A DNA stretch of 64,000 nt, taken from contig JBDRZU010000001.1 of assembly GCA_039804105.1 (NCBI GenBank), forward strand, positions 128,001-192,000. The letters are read 5' to 3'. The position numbers and the translations under genes are program-made. The DNA is from a candidate division WOR-3 bacterium (GTDB taxonomy: Bacteria > Hydrothermota > 32-111). Numbering within the stretch: the stretch's first letter is position 1; each line of letters opens with the position of its first letter. Of this stretch, positions 9,507 to 19,011 are shown piece by piece. Under the pieces are notes generated by a model that had not been told where the DNA came from, did not search any database, and saw only the letters and a list, made by a program, of their open reading frames with translations.

Positions 9507-10496
9507 TCATAGTATTATATCGACTGGAGAATTACACTTTGAACATTTTTTGTCGTTTATCCCTATCGTGTTTATATCGTAAAAGTTTCTTTCGATTAAC
9601 AGGTTGGAACAAACGGGACAATATGTGTTTGAATAGTTATTATCAAATAGATTTCCCAAATACACATAATACAGTTTTTCTTTTGCTAAGTTATAAAACT
9701 CAAACATCTTTTCAGGTTGTGTCGGCGGAATTTTATATTTATAGTTTGGGAAATATCTTGATATATGGAAAGGTATTTTGTTTGAAATTGAACTTATGAA
9801 ATCGACCATAAGTTTGAATTCTTCAAGATTGTCGTTCTTTTGTGGGATCAGAAGGTTTGTGATTTCTATATGAACTCCCATTTCGTGTGATAACTTAATA
9901 AAATTTTTTACACTTTCAAGATCTCCTTTTAGTTCTTTTTTATAAAAGTCACTGTTAAAAGATTTCAAATCTATGTTTGCTGCTTTTATAAAAGGTAACA
10001 GTTTTTTCGCTGGTTCTTCATTTATTGTTCCATTTGTTACAAGAACTATATCTATCTGTTTTGAATATGATTGACCAAAATCATATATATATTCATACCA
10101 CATCAATGGTTCAGTGTATGTGAATGCTATTCTTTTTCTACCTTTATTTTTTATCAACCTGTAAAGTCCATCAACTGGAATGAATTCTGCATCAAAATAA
10201 TTTTGGGATATATTATAATTCTGACAGAATGGACATTTCAGGTTACAACCAAACTGTGCAACAGATATTATATACTCTTTTGGATGGAAATGGTAAAGAG
10301 GTTTTTTTTCTATTGGATCATCAGCGATTGTCATAACTTTACCATAATTTATTGCTATGAGTTCTCCATCTATATTTTCTCTTCCAAAGCATAAACCTGT
10401 TTGTCCAGGAGTGAGTATACAAAAATGGGGACAGAGTGTACATTGAACTTTTTTATTATCAAGTTTTTTGTAGAAATAGGAAATTTTATTTTCCAT
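9507..10496 (-). CDS. amrS: AmmeMemoRadiSam system radical SAM enzyme
   Basis: N-terminal CTLCPHFC, DPIEKKPLYHFHP, CNLKCPFC radical SAM motif, TYTEP and a C-terminal zinc ribbon. Confidence 0.9.
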   Translation of the reverse strand: MENKISYFYKKLDNKKVQCTLCPHFCILTPGQTGLCFGRENIDGELIAINYGKVMTIADDPIEKKPLYHFHPKEYIISVAQFGCNLKCPFCQNYNISQNYFDAEFIPVDGLYRLIKNKGRKRIAFTYTEPLMWYEYIYDFGQSYSKQIDIVLVTNGTINEEPAKKLLPFIKAANIDLKSFNSDFYKKELKGDLESVKNFIKLSHEMGVHIEITNLLIPQKNDNLEEFKLMVDFISSISNKIPFHISRYFPNYKYKIPPTQPEKMFEFYNLAKEKLYYVYLGNLFDNNYSNTYCPVCSNLLIERNFYDINTIGINDKKCSKCNSPVDIIL

Positions 10497-10504
10497 AAAA
10501 AAAA

Positions 10505-10532
10505 ATTATATATCCAAAAAAATACAGGTCAA
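10505..10532 (-). promoter_or_regulatory. Sigma70-type promoter for amrS (probably leaderless)
   Basis: TTGACC-N16-TATAAT on the minus strand. The -10 ends 8 nt before the ATG and there is no SD. Confidence 0.6.
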
Positions 10533-10538
10533 TAGATC

Positions 10539-10566
10539 TTGACTTTTTTCAAAAAATGTTGATAAT
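10539..10566 (+). promoter_or_regulatory. Sigma70-type promoter for the lexA cassette
   Basis: TTGACT-N16-GATAAT, followed by SD AGGAG before the ATG at 10595. Confidence 0.6.
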
Positions 10567-10584
10567 GTAAACAAATGTTTACAT
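10565..10584. promoter_or_regulatory. Putative LexA operator
   Basis: Perfect inverted repeat ATGTAAACA-AA-TGTTTACAT overlapping the -10 and predicted start site, directly upstream of lexA. Confidence 0.7.
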
Positions 10585-10594
10585 AGGAGTTTTT

Positions 10595-11185
10595 ATGGAT
10601 ATTTTGAGTGAAAAAGAGGAAGAGGTGTTAAATTTTATAAATATTTACAACAAAAAAAATGGTTATCCACCGACTGTGAGAGAAATATGTACTGGTTTAA
10701 AGAAAAAAAGCACGAAAGGTATTTTTGTTCATCTTTTGAATCTTGAAAGGAAGGGATATATCGAAAGATTAAAAGGTCTATCAAGGGGAATAAAGATAAA
10801 AAAACATTTCAAAATGGAAACGATCTCTGTTTTGGGTAACATATCTGCTGGAAGACCTCTAATCTCTGAAGAGAATATCGAAGATGGTTTTCTTTTCCCC
10901 GACAATGTTGAAGGAAAATTTTTTCTTAAAGTTAAAGGTGATAGTATGGAAGGTGCTATGATATACGATGGTGATATGGTTCTTGTTGAAAAAAGTGAAG
11001 ATGTAAAAAATAAGGATATAATAGTTGCTTTTTTAAATGGCGAGTTCACATTGAAAAGGTTTATCGTTGAAAAAGGTAAAACTTATCTAAAAGCGGAAAA
11101 TCCCAAATATCCTCTTATAGAAATAAAAAATGGTGATGATTTTCAACCTTTTGGAAAAGTTGTTGGAGTTTTGAAAAAGTTATGA
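10595..11185 (+). CDS. lexA: LexA repressor
   Basis: Winged HTH (GYPPTVREIC...LERKGYI...SRGI), Ala-Gly cleavage site (SAGRP), catalytic Ser (GDSM) and Lys (TLKR). Confidence 0.93.
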   Translation: MDILSEKEEEVLNFINIYNKKNGYPPTVREICTGLKKKSTKGIFVHLLNLERKGYIERLKGLSRGIKIKKHFKMETISVLGNISAGRPLISEENIEDGFLFPDNVEGKFFLKVKGDSMEGAMIYDGDMVLVEKSEDVKNKDIIVAFLNGEFTLKRFIVEKGKTYLKAENPKYPLIEIKNGDDFQPFGKVVGVLKKL

Positions 11186-11424
11186 ACAGAGAGCAAATTT
11201 TTGTTCTTGCTTACTTTGGAAAAGGCAAAATAGTTCCAAAAACATTTTTTTGGAAAGGCAAAACTATAAAGGTAGAGAAGATGACTTATTCATGGAAAAC
11301 TGTTGATGAGGATGGAATAAAGATACACTTTTCAACTATGTCAGGTTCTTTTTATTATCATCTTGTTTATTCACTTTCAACGAACAGATGGTACCTTATA
11401 GAGGTGGAGAGTGCCATCGTATGA
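11182..11424 (+). CDS. Small beta-rich protein, DUF6504/ImuB-C/YqjX-like (putative polymerase accessory)
   Basis: P-x-x-F-x-W-x-G...V...W...L-x-Y...W-x-L pattern. ATGA-coupled to both lexA and the polymerase. Confidence 0.6.
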   Translation: MNREQIFVLAYFGKGKIVPKTFFWKGKTIKVEKMTYSWKTVDEDGIKIHFSTMSGSFYYHLVYSLSTNRWYLIEVESAIV

Positions 11425-12596
11425 TCTGGTGGGCTCATCTTGATATCGATTCTTTTTTCGCTTCAGTTGAAATCGCATCAAGACCATACTATAAGGATCT
11501 ACCTGTTGCTGTTGGTGGAAGTGAACATTCAAGGACCGTTATAACATCAGTGTCCTATAAAGCCAGAGAATATGGTATAAAAGCGGGAATGCCTGTTTAT
11601 GAGGCATTATCAAGATGTCCACATCTGAGAGTTGTAAAACCTGATATGGAAAAATATCTTTCAATATCGAAAGAGGTTTTTAAAATAGTTCAGGATATAA
11701 CAGGTAATGTGTTTCCTTATTCTATAGATGAATGTTTTTTTTGGTCCATGAAAAAAGATTATGTAATTTTAAATTCATTGATGATAAAAAAAATAATAAA
11801 AGAAAAACTGAAAATCACAGCATCGTGTGGTATATCAACAAAAAAAATCGTTGCAAAAATAGCATCGGATGAAAGTAAACCGGACGGTTTTTTTGTGGTT
11901 GATGATCCTTTGAATTACATAAAAGAAAAGGAAATAGAAAAAATTCCAGGTATAGGAAAAAAGATAGAAAAAAAATTGAAATCGTATGGAATCTTTTATG
12001 TTAAACAGATAGATGAAATTCCTTTTTATGTTTTGAAAAAAATTTTTAAACATTATGCGTATTTTTTGAAAGGATTAACGAATTTAAAAATAAGTGATGA
12101 TATTTATAGAAAGATTGATATAGCAAAATCTGTTGGAAATACACACACATTCTCAGAAGATACTTTTGATAAAGAAAAGATTCTATCTTATATTTCTTTA
12201 ATTTCAAAACACATAGAAACAAGATTACTTGATGATTTTTTTGAGGGGAATAAAATAACTTTGACTGTAAGGTATTCAAATTTTCAAACATTTACGAAAC
12301 AGAAAAAACTTGAAAGATATATACATGATTGGAAGGATATTTTTGAGGAAACAAAAAGAATATTTGAGAAAATAAATTTAACTTTACCTGTGAGATTGGT
12401 CGGAATATCGATAGGTGGAATAAGAAATAGAGGAATATATCAGGAGTTATCTTTTAACAAAGATTTTGATAAACAAGAGAGATTGAAAAAACATATTGAA
12501 ATGATAAAAAACAAATATGGAGAATCATCGATTTTAACACTTAGAGATCTTTATGTGAATGATAGAAAGATAAGAGGAAACAGAATAATTTTTTGA
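11421..12596 (+). CDS. dinB: Y-family DNA polymerase (Pol IV/DinB-like)
   Basis: HLDIDSFFAS, SYKAREYGI and SIDE catalytic motifs, KPDG, IPGIG. Start set at ATG 11421 (SD GGAG, ATGA overlap). Confidence 0.9.
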   Translation: MIWWAHLDIDSFFASVEIASRPYYKDLPVAVGGSEHSRTVITSVSYKAREYGIKAGMPVYEALSRCPHLRVVKPDMEKYLSISKEVFKIVQDITGNVFPYSIDECFFWSMKKDYVILNSLMIKKIIKEKLKITASCGISTKKIVAKIASDESKPDGFFVVDDPLNYIKEKEIEKIPGIGKKIEKKLKSYGIFYVKQIDEIPFYVLKKIFKHYAYFLKGLTNLKISDDIYRKIDIAKSVGNTHTFSEDTFDKEKILSYISLISKHIETRLLDDFFEGNKITLTVRYSNFQTFTKQKKLERYIHDWKDIFEETKRIFEKINLTLPVRLVGISIGGIRNRGIYQELSFNKDFDKQERLKKHIEMIKNKYGESSILTLRDLYVNDRKIRGNRIIF

Positions 12597-12748
12597 TGAA
12601 AAGTGTAATCCCCCTCACCCTTTTTTTGTTTTTTTATAGATTGTTTAGAGGAAATATTTCAAAATTAAATTTCCCAAAAAACTCAAGTATCATTTTTGAT
12701 AGTCAACAATAAAAGAGTGATTTTAAAATATAATATGATCACTTCCTA

Positions 12749-12776
12749 TTGATATTACACTATTTTGAATTATACT
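12749..12776 (+). promoter_or_regulatory. Sigma70-type promoter for the tilS operon (probably leaderless)
   Basis: TTGATA-N16-TATACT with the ATG 6 nt downstream and no SD. Confidence 0.6.
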
Positions 12777-12782
12777 AATAAA

Positions 12783-14138
12783 ATGAAACTTTTTGAGGAA
12801 ATTTTAACATTTTTAAAAGATAACAGTGTTGAATTAAAAGATAAAAGGGTGCTTTTGAGTTTTTCAGGTGGACCCGATTCGACTTTGTTATTCTATTTTT
12901 TACTTTACTGTCAAAAGACTTTCAATACCTATTTTGAGTGTTTTTATCTTAACCATAATGAAAGGGATGATGTTTTAAAAGAGGAAAACTTTGTAAAAAA
13001 AATATGTAAAGATAACAATGTCAAATTGAATTACAAAAGCGAAAAGGTTTTGGATTTAAAAGAAACAAAAAAGTTGGGTTTTGAAAGGGCAGCAAGAGAG
13101 TTAAGAAAAAAATATCTTTTAGATGTTTTCAAAAAGAAAAACTTCGATTATATATTTACCGGGCATAATTTGACTGATGCTGTTGAAACATTTTTTATAA
13201 ATCTTCAAAGGAATACTGGAGTTAGAGGTGCATCATCGATAGATCCAGTTGAGAGTGTTTTTGTAAGACCTTTACTTTTTTTAAAAAAGAACGATATATT
13301 GAACAGTTTGAAAAAAGAAAGTATAGAATACATTGAAGACCCTACAAATTTGAACAAAAATATTGTTAGAAACAGAATAAGACATGATCTTATTCCTGTT
13401 CTTGAAGATTCGTTGAAAGATGGTATACACCATTTCAAAGTTTTTTTTAACAACTTGAAAGAATTTGAAAATGGGTTTGAACAACTTTTATTTGAATATT
13501 TAAAGATTTTTCAATATGAAAATGATTCGATTGTTATTGATATTTCAAAGATTTTGAGTTATAATAAAAAATTAAGAAAAATTTTAATATATATTGCTCT
13601 TTCAAAGTTTTTTTATATAAGTAAGAATATCCTCGATGAAGTTGAAAAGATAATTTCATCCGACAAGAAAAATATCGAAAAAAAGATAGGAGATTTTTAT
13701 TTAGAAAAAAAATATAACATTATAGAGGTATATAAGACAAAAGAGGAAGAAGATTTAAAGGATTTCTGTGAACTTAAATTGAACAGAAAAGTTTATTTCA
13801 ACGGTTTTGAAGTTTCTATGAAAAAAGTCAAATCAAAAAATGTCAGGTTTGATAAGAACAGATTCTATTTCACAATCGATTGTGGGAAAAGATTTTTTGT
13901 AAAAAGGTATGAAAGAGGTGATAGGATGACATTGTTTAATTGTGATTATGAAAAGAGAATAAGTAAAATATTGATAGATTTAAAAATTGAAAAAAAATTG
14001 AGAGAAAGATTGCCTGTTATCGTAAACGAAAAAAATGAGGTTCTGGTTTTAGGGGATTTGAAAAGAAGTGACCTTTATATTGTTGATCTTGAGAAAGAAA
14101 AGGAGTGTATACAATTTTATGTCAAAAGAGTATGTTGA
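12783..14138 (+). CDS. tilS: tRNA(Ile)-lysidine synthetase
   Basis: PP-loop SGGPDS, GHNLTD, RPLL, EDPTN, RNRIRH, plus tilS-hpt-ftsH synteny. Confidence 0.93.
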   Translation: MKLFEEILTFLKDNSVELKDKRVLLSFSGGPDSTLLFYFLLYCQKTFNTYFECFYLNHNERDDVLKEENFVKKICKDNNVKLNYKSEKVLDLKETKKLGFERAARELRKKYLLDVFKKKNFDYIFTGHNLTDAVETFFINLQRNTGVRGASSIDPVESVFVRPLLFLKKNDILNSLKKESIEYIEDPTNLNKNIVRNRIRHDLIPVLEDSLKDGIHHFKVFFNNLKEFENGFEQLLFEYLKIFQYENDSIVIDISKILSYNKKLRKILIYIALSKFFYISKNILDEVEKIISSDKKNIEKKIGDFYLEKKYNIIEVYKTKEEEDLKDFCELKLNRKVYFNGFEVSMKKVKSKNVRFDKNRFYFTIDCGKRFFVKRYERGDRMTLFNCDYEKRISKILIDLKIEKKLRERLPVIVNEKNEVLVLGDLKRSDLYIVDLEKEKECIQFYVKRVC

Positions 14139-14646
14139 AATTTTTATAACAGAAGATGAGATCAAAAAAAAGATAGATGAATTAGCAAAGATTCTGAATG
14201 AAGAATACAAAGATAAAAAACCTGTCTTCATAGTTATTTTAAAAGGAGCTTTTATTTTTGCTGCCAATCTTATTACAAAATTGAATTTTCCTTTGAATGT
14301 TGATTTTATGATAATAAGTTCATATGAAGGTGAAAAAACGAGTTCCGGGAAGGTAAGGATCGAGGAGGACATCAGTATAGATATTGAAGGTAGAGATGTA
14401 GTTGTTGTTGAGGATATTATAGATACAGGTTTAACCTATAAACATTTAAAATTAAAACTTCTTGCAAACTCTCCAAAAAGTTTAAAACTGATCACACTTC
14501 TTGATAAAAAATGTAAGAGAAAAGTGGAAGAAAACCCTGATTATTCTTGTTTTGTTATAGATGACCATTTTGTTGTTGGTTATGGTCTTGATTACAAACA
14601 GATGTACAGAAATCTTCCATACATTGGGATCTTAAAGGAGGAATAA
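14119..14646 (+). CDS. hpt: Hypoxanthine phosphoribosyltransferase
   Basis: ILKGAFIF, VEDIIDTGLT PRPP motif, FVVGYGLDY. Confidence 0.95.
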   Translation: MSKEYVEIFITEDEIKKKIDELAKILNEEYKDKKPVFIVILKGAFIFAANLITKLNFPLNVDFMIISSYEGEKTSSGKVRIEEDISIDIEGRDVVVVEDIIDTGLTYKHLKLKLLANSPKSLKLITLLDKKCKRKVEENPDYSCFVIDDHFVVGYGLDYKQMYRNLPYIGILKEE

Positions 14647-14650
14647 GTTT

Positions 14651-16522
14651 ATGAAGAAAAGGAACATAAAAAAAATATACAAAGGAAACGAAGATAAAGC
14701 GAAATGGACTATCTGGATAATAACACTTCTTCTTTTGCTTTTTTTACCAAACATAATAGGGATCTTCACTTCTCAGGTAAAACAGATAGATTATTCTACT
14801 TTTTATAATGAATTGATGAACGGAAAGATTAAAAGTGTTACGATTGTTGAGAGGAACATCTCTGGAGAATATAAAGATGGTGGACAGTTTAAAACCATTA
14901 TTCCTTATGATGATAATACTCTTGTTCAAAAGATGGTTGAACAGAATGTAAAGATAACTGTAAAAATCCCTTCAAATTTTTGGGGAGAAGTTTTACCTTA
15001 TGTGATTCCATTGATCACATTTTTTGTTCTCTTCTATTTCTTTACAAGATCGATTTCGAACAGTCAGAATCGTGCTTTTACTTTTGGACGATCAAACGCT
15101 GTGATGGTTTTAACACCAAAAGTTACTTTTAACGATGTTGCTGGTGCTAAAGAAGCAAAAGAAGAATTACAGGAGATAATAGATTTTTTAAAACATCCTG
15201 GGAAATATATCCGTTTGGGCGGAAGGATTCCAAAAGGAGTTTTACTTTTGGGTTCACCTGGAACAGGGAAAACATTGATGGCAAAAGCTGTTGCTGGTGA
15301 AGCGAAAGTTCCATTTTTTTCAATATCCGGATCAGATTTTGTTGAGATGTTTGTTGGAGTTGGGGCTTCAAGGGTAAGAGATCTATTTCAAAGAGCAAAA
15401 GCGAATTCCCCATGTATAGTTTTCATCGATGAGATAGATGCTGTTGGAAGACATAGAGGAGCAGGTATAGGTGGAGGTCATGATGAAAGAGAACAGACAT
15501 TGAACCAACTACTTGTTGAGATGGACGGATTTCAAACAGATGAAGCGGTGATAGTTATGGCTGCTACAAATAGACCTGACATACTCGATCCGGCACTTTT
15601 AAGACCTGGGAGGTTTGATCGAAGAATAGTAATCGATAGACCTGATGTAAAAGGAAGAGAGGAAATTTTTGTAATACATACAAGGAAGATTCCACTTGGA
15701 AAAGATGTTGATTTCTCAATTCTTGCAAAAGCGACACCTGGTTTTACAGGTGCTGATATTGCCAATATGGTAAATGAGGCAGCACTTCTTGCAGCAAGAA
15801 AAGATAAAAATGAAGTGAATATGGAAGAATTTGAAGAAGCGAAGGATAAAATTCTAATGGGACTTGCAAGAAAATCAGCTGTGATATCTGAGAGTGAGAG
15901 AAAAATAAGTGCATATCATGAATCAGGTCATGTTATCGTCTCAAAGAATTTGAAAAATGTTGATCCTGTATTCAAAGTTACAGTTATTCCAAGAGGAATG
16001 GCTTTGGGAGTAACACAGTTTTTACCAATTGATGATCGACATATGTATTCGAAAAATTATCTTCTTGATAATCTTGCTTCACTGCTTGGTGGAAGAGCCG
16101 CTGAGATCCTTGCTCTTGGTGATATCACAACAGGTGCAAGTAACGATATTGAAAAAGCAACTGAAATTGCTCATAAAATGGTTTGTGAATGGGGAATGAG
16201 TGAAAAGGTTGGAACAATACAATATGCAAATCCACATGACTCAATTTTCCTTGGTCGTGAGATAACTCAGAGGAAAGATTTTTCTGAGGAAACTGCGAGA
16301 TTGATTGATTCAGAGGTGAAAAAAATAGTTGATGAAGCGATGCAACGAGCACTCAATATACTTAAAGAAAATCTTGATAAATTGAACAAAATGGCGAACT
16401 ACCTTCTTGAAAGGGAAACACTCGATAGTGATGATATTGATAGAATAATGAAAGGTGAAGAACTTGAACCCTTGAAAAAGGATAATACCAAAAAAGAGGT
16501 AAAGAATGAAGAGGATGTCTAA
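14651..16522 (+). CDS. ftsH: ATP-dependent zinc metalloprotease FtsH
   Basis: Two TM helices, Walker A GSPGTGKT, Walker B FIDEIDA, SRH region and HESGH zinc motif. Confidence 0.97.
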   Translation: MKKRNIKKIYKGNEDKAKWTIWIITLLLLLFLPNIIGIFTSQVKQIDYSTFYNELMNGKIKSVTIVERNISGEYKDGGQFKTIIPYDDNTLVQKMVEQNVKITVKIPSNFWGEVLPYVIPLITFFVLFYFFTRSISNSQNRAFTFGRSNAVMVLTPKVTFNDVAGAKEAKEELQEIIDFLKHPGKYIRLGGRIPKGVLLLGSPGTGKTLMAKAVAGEAKVPFFSISGSDFVEMFVGVGASRVRDLFQRAKANSPCIVFIDEIDAVGRHRGAGIGGGHDEREQTLNQLLVEMDGFQTDEAVIVMAATNRPDILDPALLRPGRFDRRIVIDRPDVKGREEIFVIHTRKIPLGKDVDFSILAKATPGFTGADIANMVNEAALLAARKDKNEVNMEEFEEAKDKILMGLARKSAVISESERKISAYHESGHVIVSKNLKNVDPVFKVTVIPRGMALGVTQFLPIDDRHMYSKNYLLDNLASLLGGRAAEILALGDITTGASNDIEKATEIAHKMVCEWGMSEKVGTIQYANPHDSIFLGREITQRKDFSEETARLIDSEVKKIVDEAMQRALNILKENLDKLNKMANYLLERETLDSDDIDRIMKGEELEPLKKDNTKKEVKNEEDV

Positions 16523-17096
16523 AAGAAGTATAGATTTGAAAAAGATAGAAAAAGGTGTTCAACTTATTATTGATGCACTTGGGGAAAAGATAAACAAGGA
16601 TGGAATGAAGGATACTCCAAGACGAGTTGCTTTGATGTATGAGGAAATATTTTCAGGTTTATTCAAAGATGTCAATAAAGAGATTAAACTTATAGAAACT
16701 AAAAATCAGGATGAGATGATCGTGTTAAGATATATTCCTTTTTTTTCAATGTGCGAGCACCATCTTCTACCTTTTTTCGGGTATGTTCATATTGCATACA
16801 TACCTGCTAATAATAAGATAACCGGTTTTTCAAATCTGTTGGAAGTGGTTGATACGATTTCCAAAAGACCACAGATACAAGAAAGAATGACGACTGATAT
16901 CGCTGATACTCTGAACAAACTTTTAAAACCAATGGGGATTTTGGTTATTGTTGAAGCACAACAGATGTGTCTTTACATGAGAGGGATAAAAAAACCTGGA
17001 GTTTATACAACAACGAGTGCTATAAGAGGTGTTATGAAAAAACCGATAACAAGGGAAGAAGCATTAAATCTCATAAAAGCAGGTGAAAATAGATGA
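16506..17096 (+). CDS. folE: GTP cyclohydrolase I (divergent)
   Basis: DTPRRVA, CEHHLLPF and RPQIQER motifs, and adjacency to folP. Several substrate-contact residues are substituted. Confidence 0.85.
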   Translation: MKRMSKRSIDLKKIEKGVQLIIDALGEKINKDGMKDTPRRVALMYEEIFSGLFKDVNKEIKLIETKNQDEMIVLRYIPFFSMCEHHLLPFFGYVHIAYIPANNKITGFSNLLEVVDTISKRPQIQERMTTDIADTLNKLLKPMGILVIVEAQQMCLYMRGIKKPGVYTTTSAIRGVMKKPITREEALNLIKAGENR

Positions 17097-18277
17097 AAAT
17101 ATATATTTTGAAAAAGAATAAAAAAAGTTTTAAGGAGTGGATCGAAAAAACAAAATGTGATCCTTATTCTGTTGAATTGATGGAAAAAAAAACATATTCA
17201 TACATTATTTTTTTTAAAGATGCAAGAATAGAATTTGCAAACATTTTAAAGCAGACAGCACTTTCTGTCGGTTGTGATTGCTCAATCGCAAAAGATGTGA
17301 TTTCAGGTAAAACTGACAGTTCTAATATTTTACTTTCTGCTACACTCTCTCAAATTTTCAAGATGAAAGATAAATTGAAAGGACAACCGTTTTCACTCGA
17401 GAAAAGTATGAATCAAATTATTGAACTTATAGAGTACAAAGATTGCTTTTTTGTTGATGATAAAGATTTACTATCTCAAAAAAATTTTCTGATCATGGGG
17501 ATTTTAAATTTAACACCCGATTCTTTTTACGATGGAGGGAAATTTAATAATATTGAAAAAGCGTTGATAAGAGTTGAACAGATGATCGAGGAGGGCGTTG
17601 ACATTATAGATGTTGGTGGACAATCAACAAGACCTTTCAGTGAACCGGTAAGTGTTGATGAGGAGATAGAAAGGGTTATGCCTATCATTGAAAATGTTTT
17701 AAAAAGGTTTCCCGAGCTTCTGCTTTCTATAGATACATATAACTCAAAGACAGCATCCTGTGCTTTATCAGCAGGAGTAAAGATAGTAAACGATATAAGT
17801 GGTTTAAATTTTGATCCTGAGATGAAAAATGTTATTGCAAATAAAAATTCATCTGTGATTTTAATGCATATAAAGGGGACCCCAAAAGATATGCAGGTAA
17901 ATCCAGAATATGAAGATCTTCTGCTTGAAATAGTTGAGTATCTTGAAAAAAGTGTTGAAAATGCTGTTTCTTCAGGTGTTGATCCATTAAAGATCTCTGT
18001 TGATCCTGGTATCGGTTTTGGGAAAACTGTTCAAGATAATCTGAAAATTTTGAATAATCTTGAAATTTTTAAGTCCTTAAAAAAGCCTATAACACTTGGA
18101 GTTTCAAACAAAAGTTTCATAGGAAAAATTTTAAACAGAGAAACACAAGAAAGATTATACGGAACAGTTGGAGCAAATGTTTCTGGTTTTTTTAATGGTG
18201 CAAAAATTTTCAGAGTTCACAATGTTAAAGAAAATTATGATGCTCTAAAAATTGCATCGGAGGTTTTGTGTCACTAA
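17093..18277 (+). CDS. folP: Dihydropteroate synthase with N-terminal extension
   Basis: MGILNLTPDSFYDGG, GGQSTRP, DPGIGFGK, SNKSF and RVHNV. Confidence 0.93.
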   Translation: MKIYILKKNKKSFKEWIEKTKCDPYSVELMEKKTYSYIIFFKDARIEFANILKQTALSVGCDCSIAKDVISGKTDSSNILLSATLSQIFKMKDKLKGQPFSLEKSMNQIIELIEYKDCFFVDDKDLLSQKNFLIMGILNLTPDSFYDGGKFNNIEKALIRVEQMIEEGVDIIDVGGQSTRPFSEPVSVDEEIERVMPIIENVLKRFPELLLSIDTYNSKTASCALSAGVKIVNDISGLNFDPEMKNVIANKNSSVILMHIKGTPKDMQVNPEYEDLLLEIVEYLEKSVENAVSSGVDPLKISVDPGIGFGKTVQDNLKILNNLEIFKSLKKPITLGVSNKSFIGKILNRETQERLYGTVGANVSGFFNGAKIFRVHNVKENYDALKIASEVLCH

Positions 18278-19011
18278 TAAAAATCAATATCCTGGATATA
18301 TTGGACATCATCATAGTTTCAACCATTGTTTACCAAGCATTAAGATTTTTAAAAGGCACAAGAGCTGTCCAGATGTTTATTGGAATATTCCTGATCTTTC
18401 TTGTAACATTTGTTTCCGATATTTTAAACTTTCGAGGTTTAACTTGGATATTAAATGGTCTTAAATCGATATGGATAATATTTTTCATAGTTGTTTTTCA
18501 ACCTGAAATCAGAAGGGTTCTTACGATATTAGGTAAATCGAAATTTGTGAGATATTTTATAAAAGAGGAGAGAAAAACTTATATAGATGAAATAGTTAAG
18601 AGTGTCCAAAAACTTGTTGATAGAGGGCTTGGTGGATTAATAGTTCTTGAAGGCGATGTTGGACTTAAACATTTTTATGAAACTGGAACAGGTTTAAACT
18701 CTGCGATAAATTCTGATCTTATAGTTTCAATTTTTTCTCCAAAATCTCCACTCCATGATGGTGCATTGATAATTAAAGATGAAAGGATAGTTGCTGCATC
18801 CGCTATTTTACCTTTATCTGAAAATCCGATACAGGGAGTAACTCTTGGAACAAGACATAGAGCTGCTTTAGGACTTTCAGAGGAAACAGATGCACTTGTA
18901 ATAGTTATATCAGAGGAAAGAAGAATGATTTCGATTGCCGAAAAAGGAGTTTTGAAAAGAGATGTTGATTCACAAACCCTTGAAAAAGAGATTTCGAGAT
19001 TTTATCTTTAA
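18268..19011 (+). CDS. dacA: Membrane diadenylate cyclase (CdaA/DacA)
   Basis: Three TM helices, FQPEIRR, LHDGA and GTRHRAALG catalytic motifs. GTG start. Confidence 0.92.
   Translation: MSLIKINILDILDIIIVSTIVYQALRFLKGTRAVQMFIGIFLIFLVTFVSDILNFRGLTWILNGLKSIWIIFFIVVFQPEIRRVLTILGKSKFVRYFIKEERKTYIDEIVKSVQKLVDRGLGGLIVLEGDVGLKHFYETGTGLNSAINSDLIVSIFSPKSPLHDGALIIKDERIVAASAILPLSENPIQGVTLGTRHRAALGLSEETDALVIVISEERRMISIAEKGVLKRDVDSQTLEKEISRFYL

Noticed and set aside
9227..9799. 190-aa plus-strand ORF and the many other short antisense or alternative-frame ORFs in the track
   Set aside because: They are shadows of well-supported genes, with no recognisable motifs.
12597..12640. C-rich tract plus T-run after dinB as an intrinsic terminator or sRNA
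   Set aside because: The plus-strand stem is too weak, and there is no convincing minus-strand promoter.
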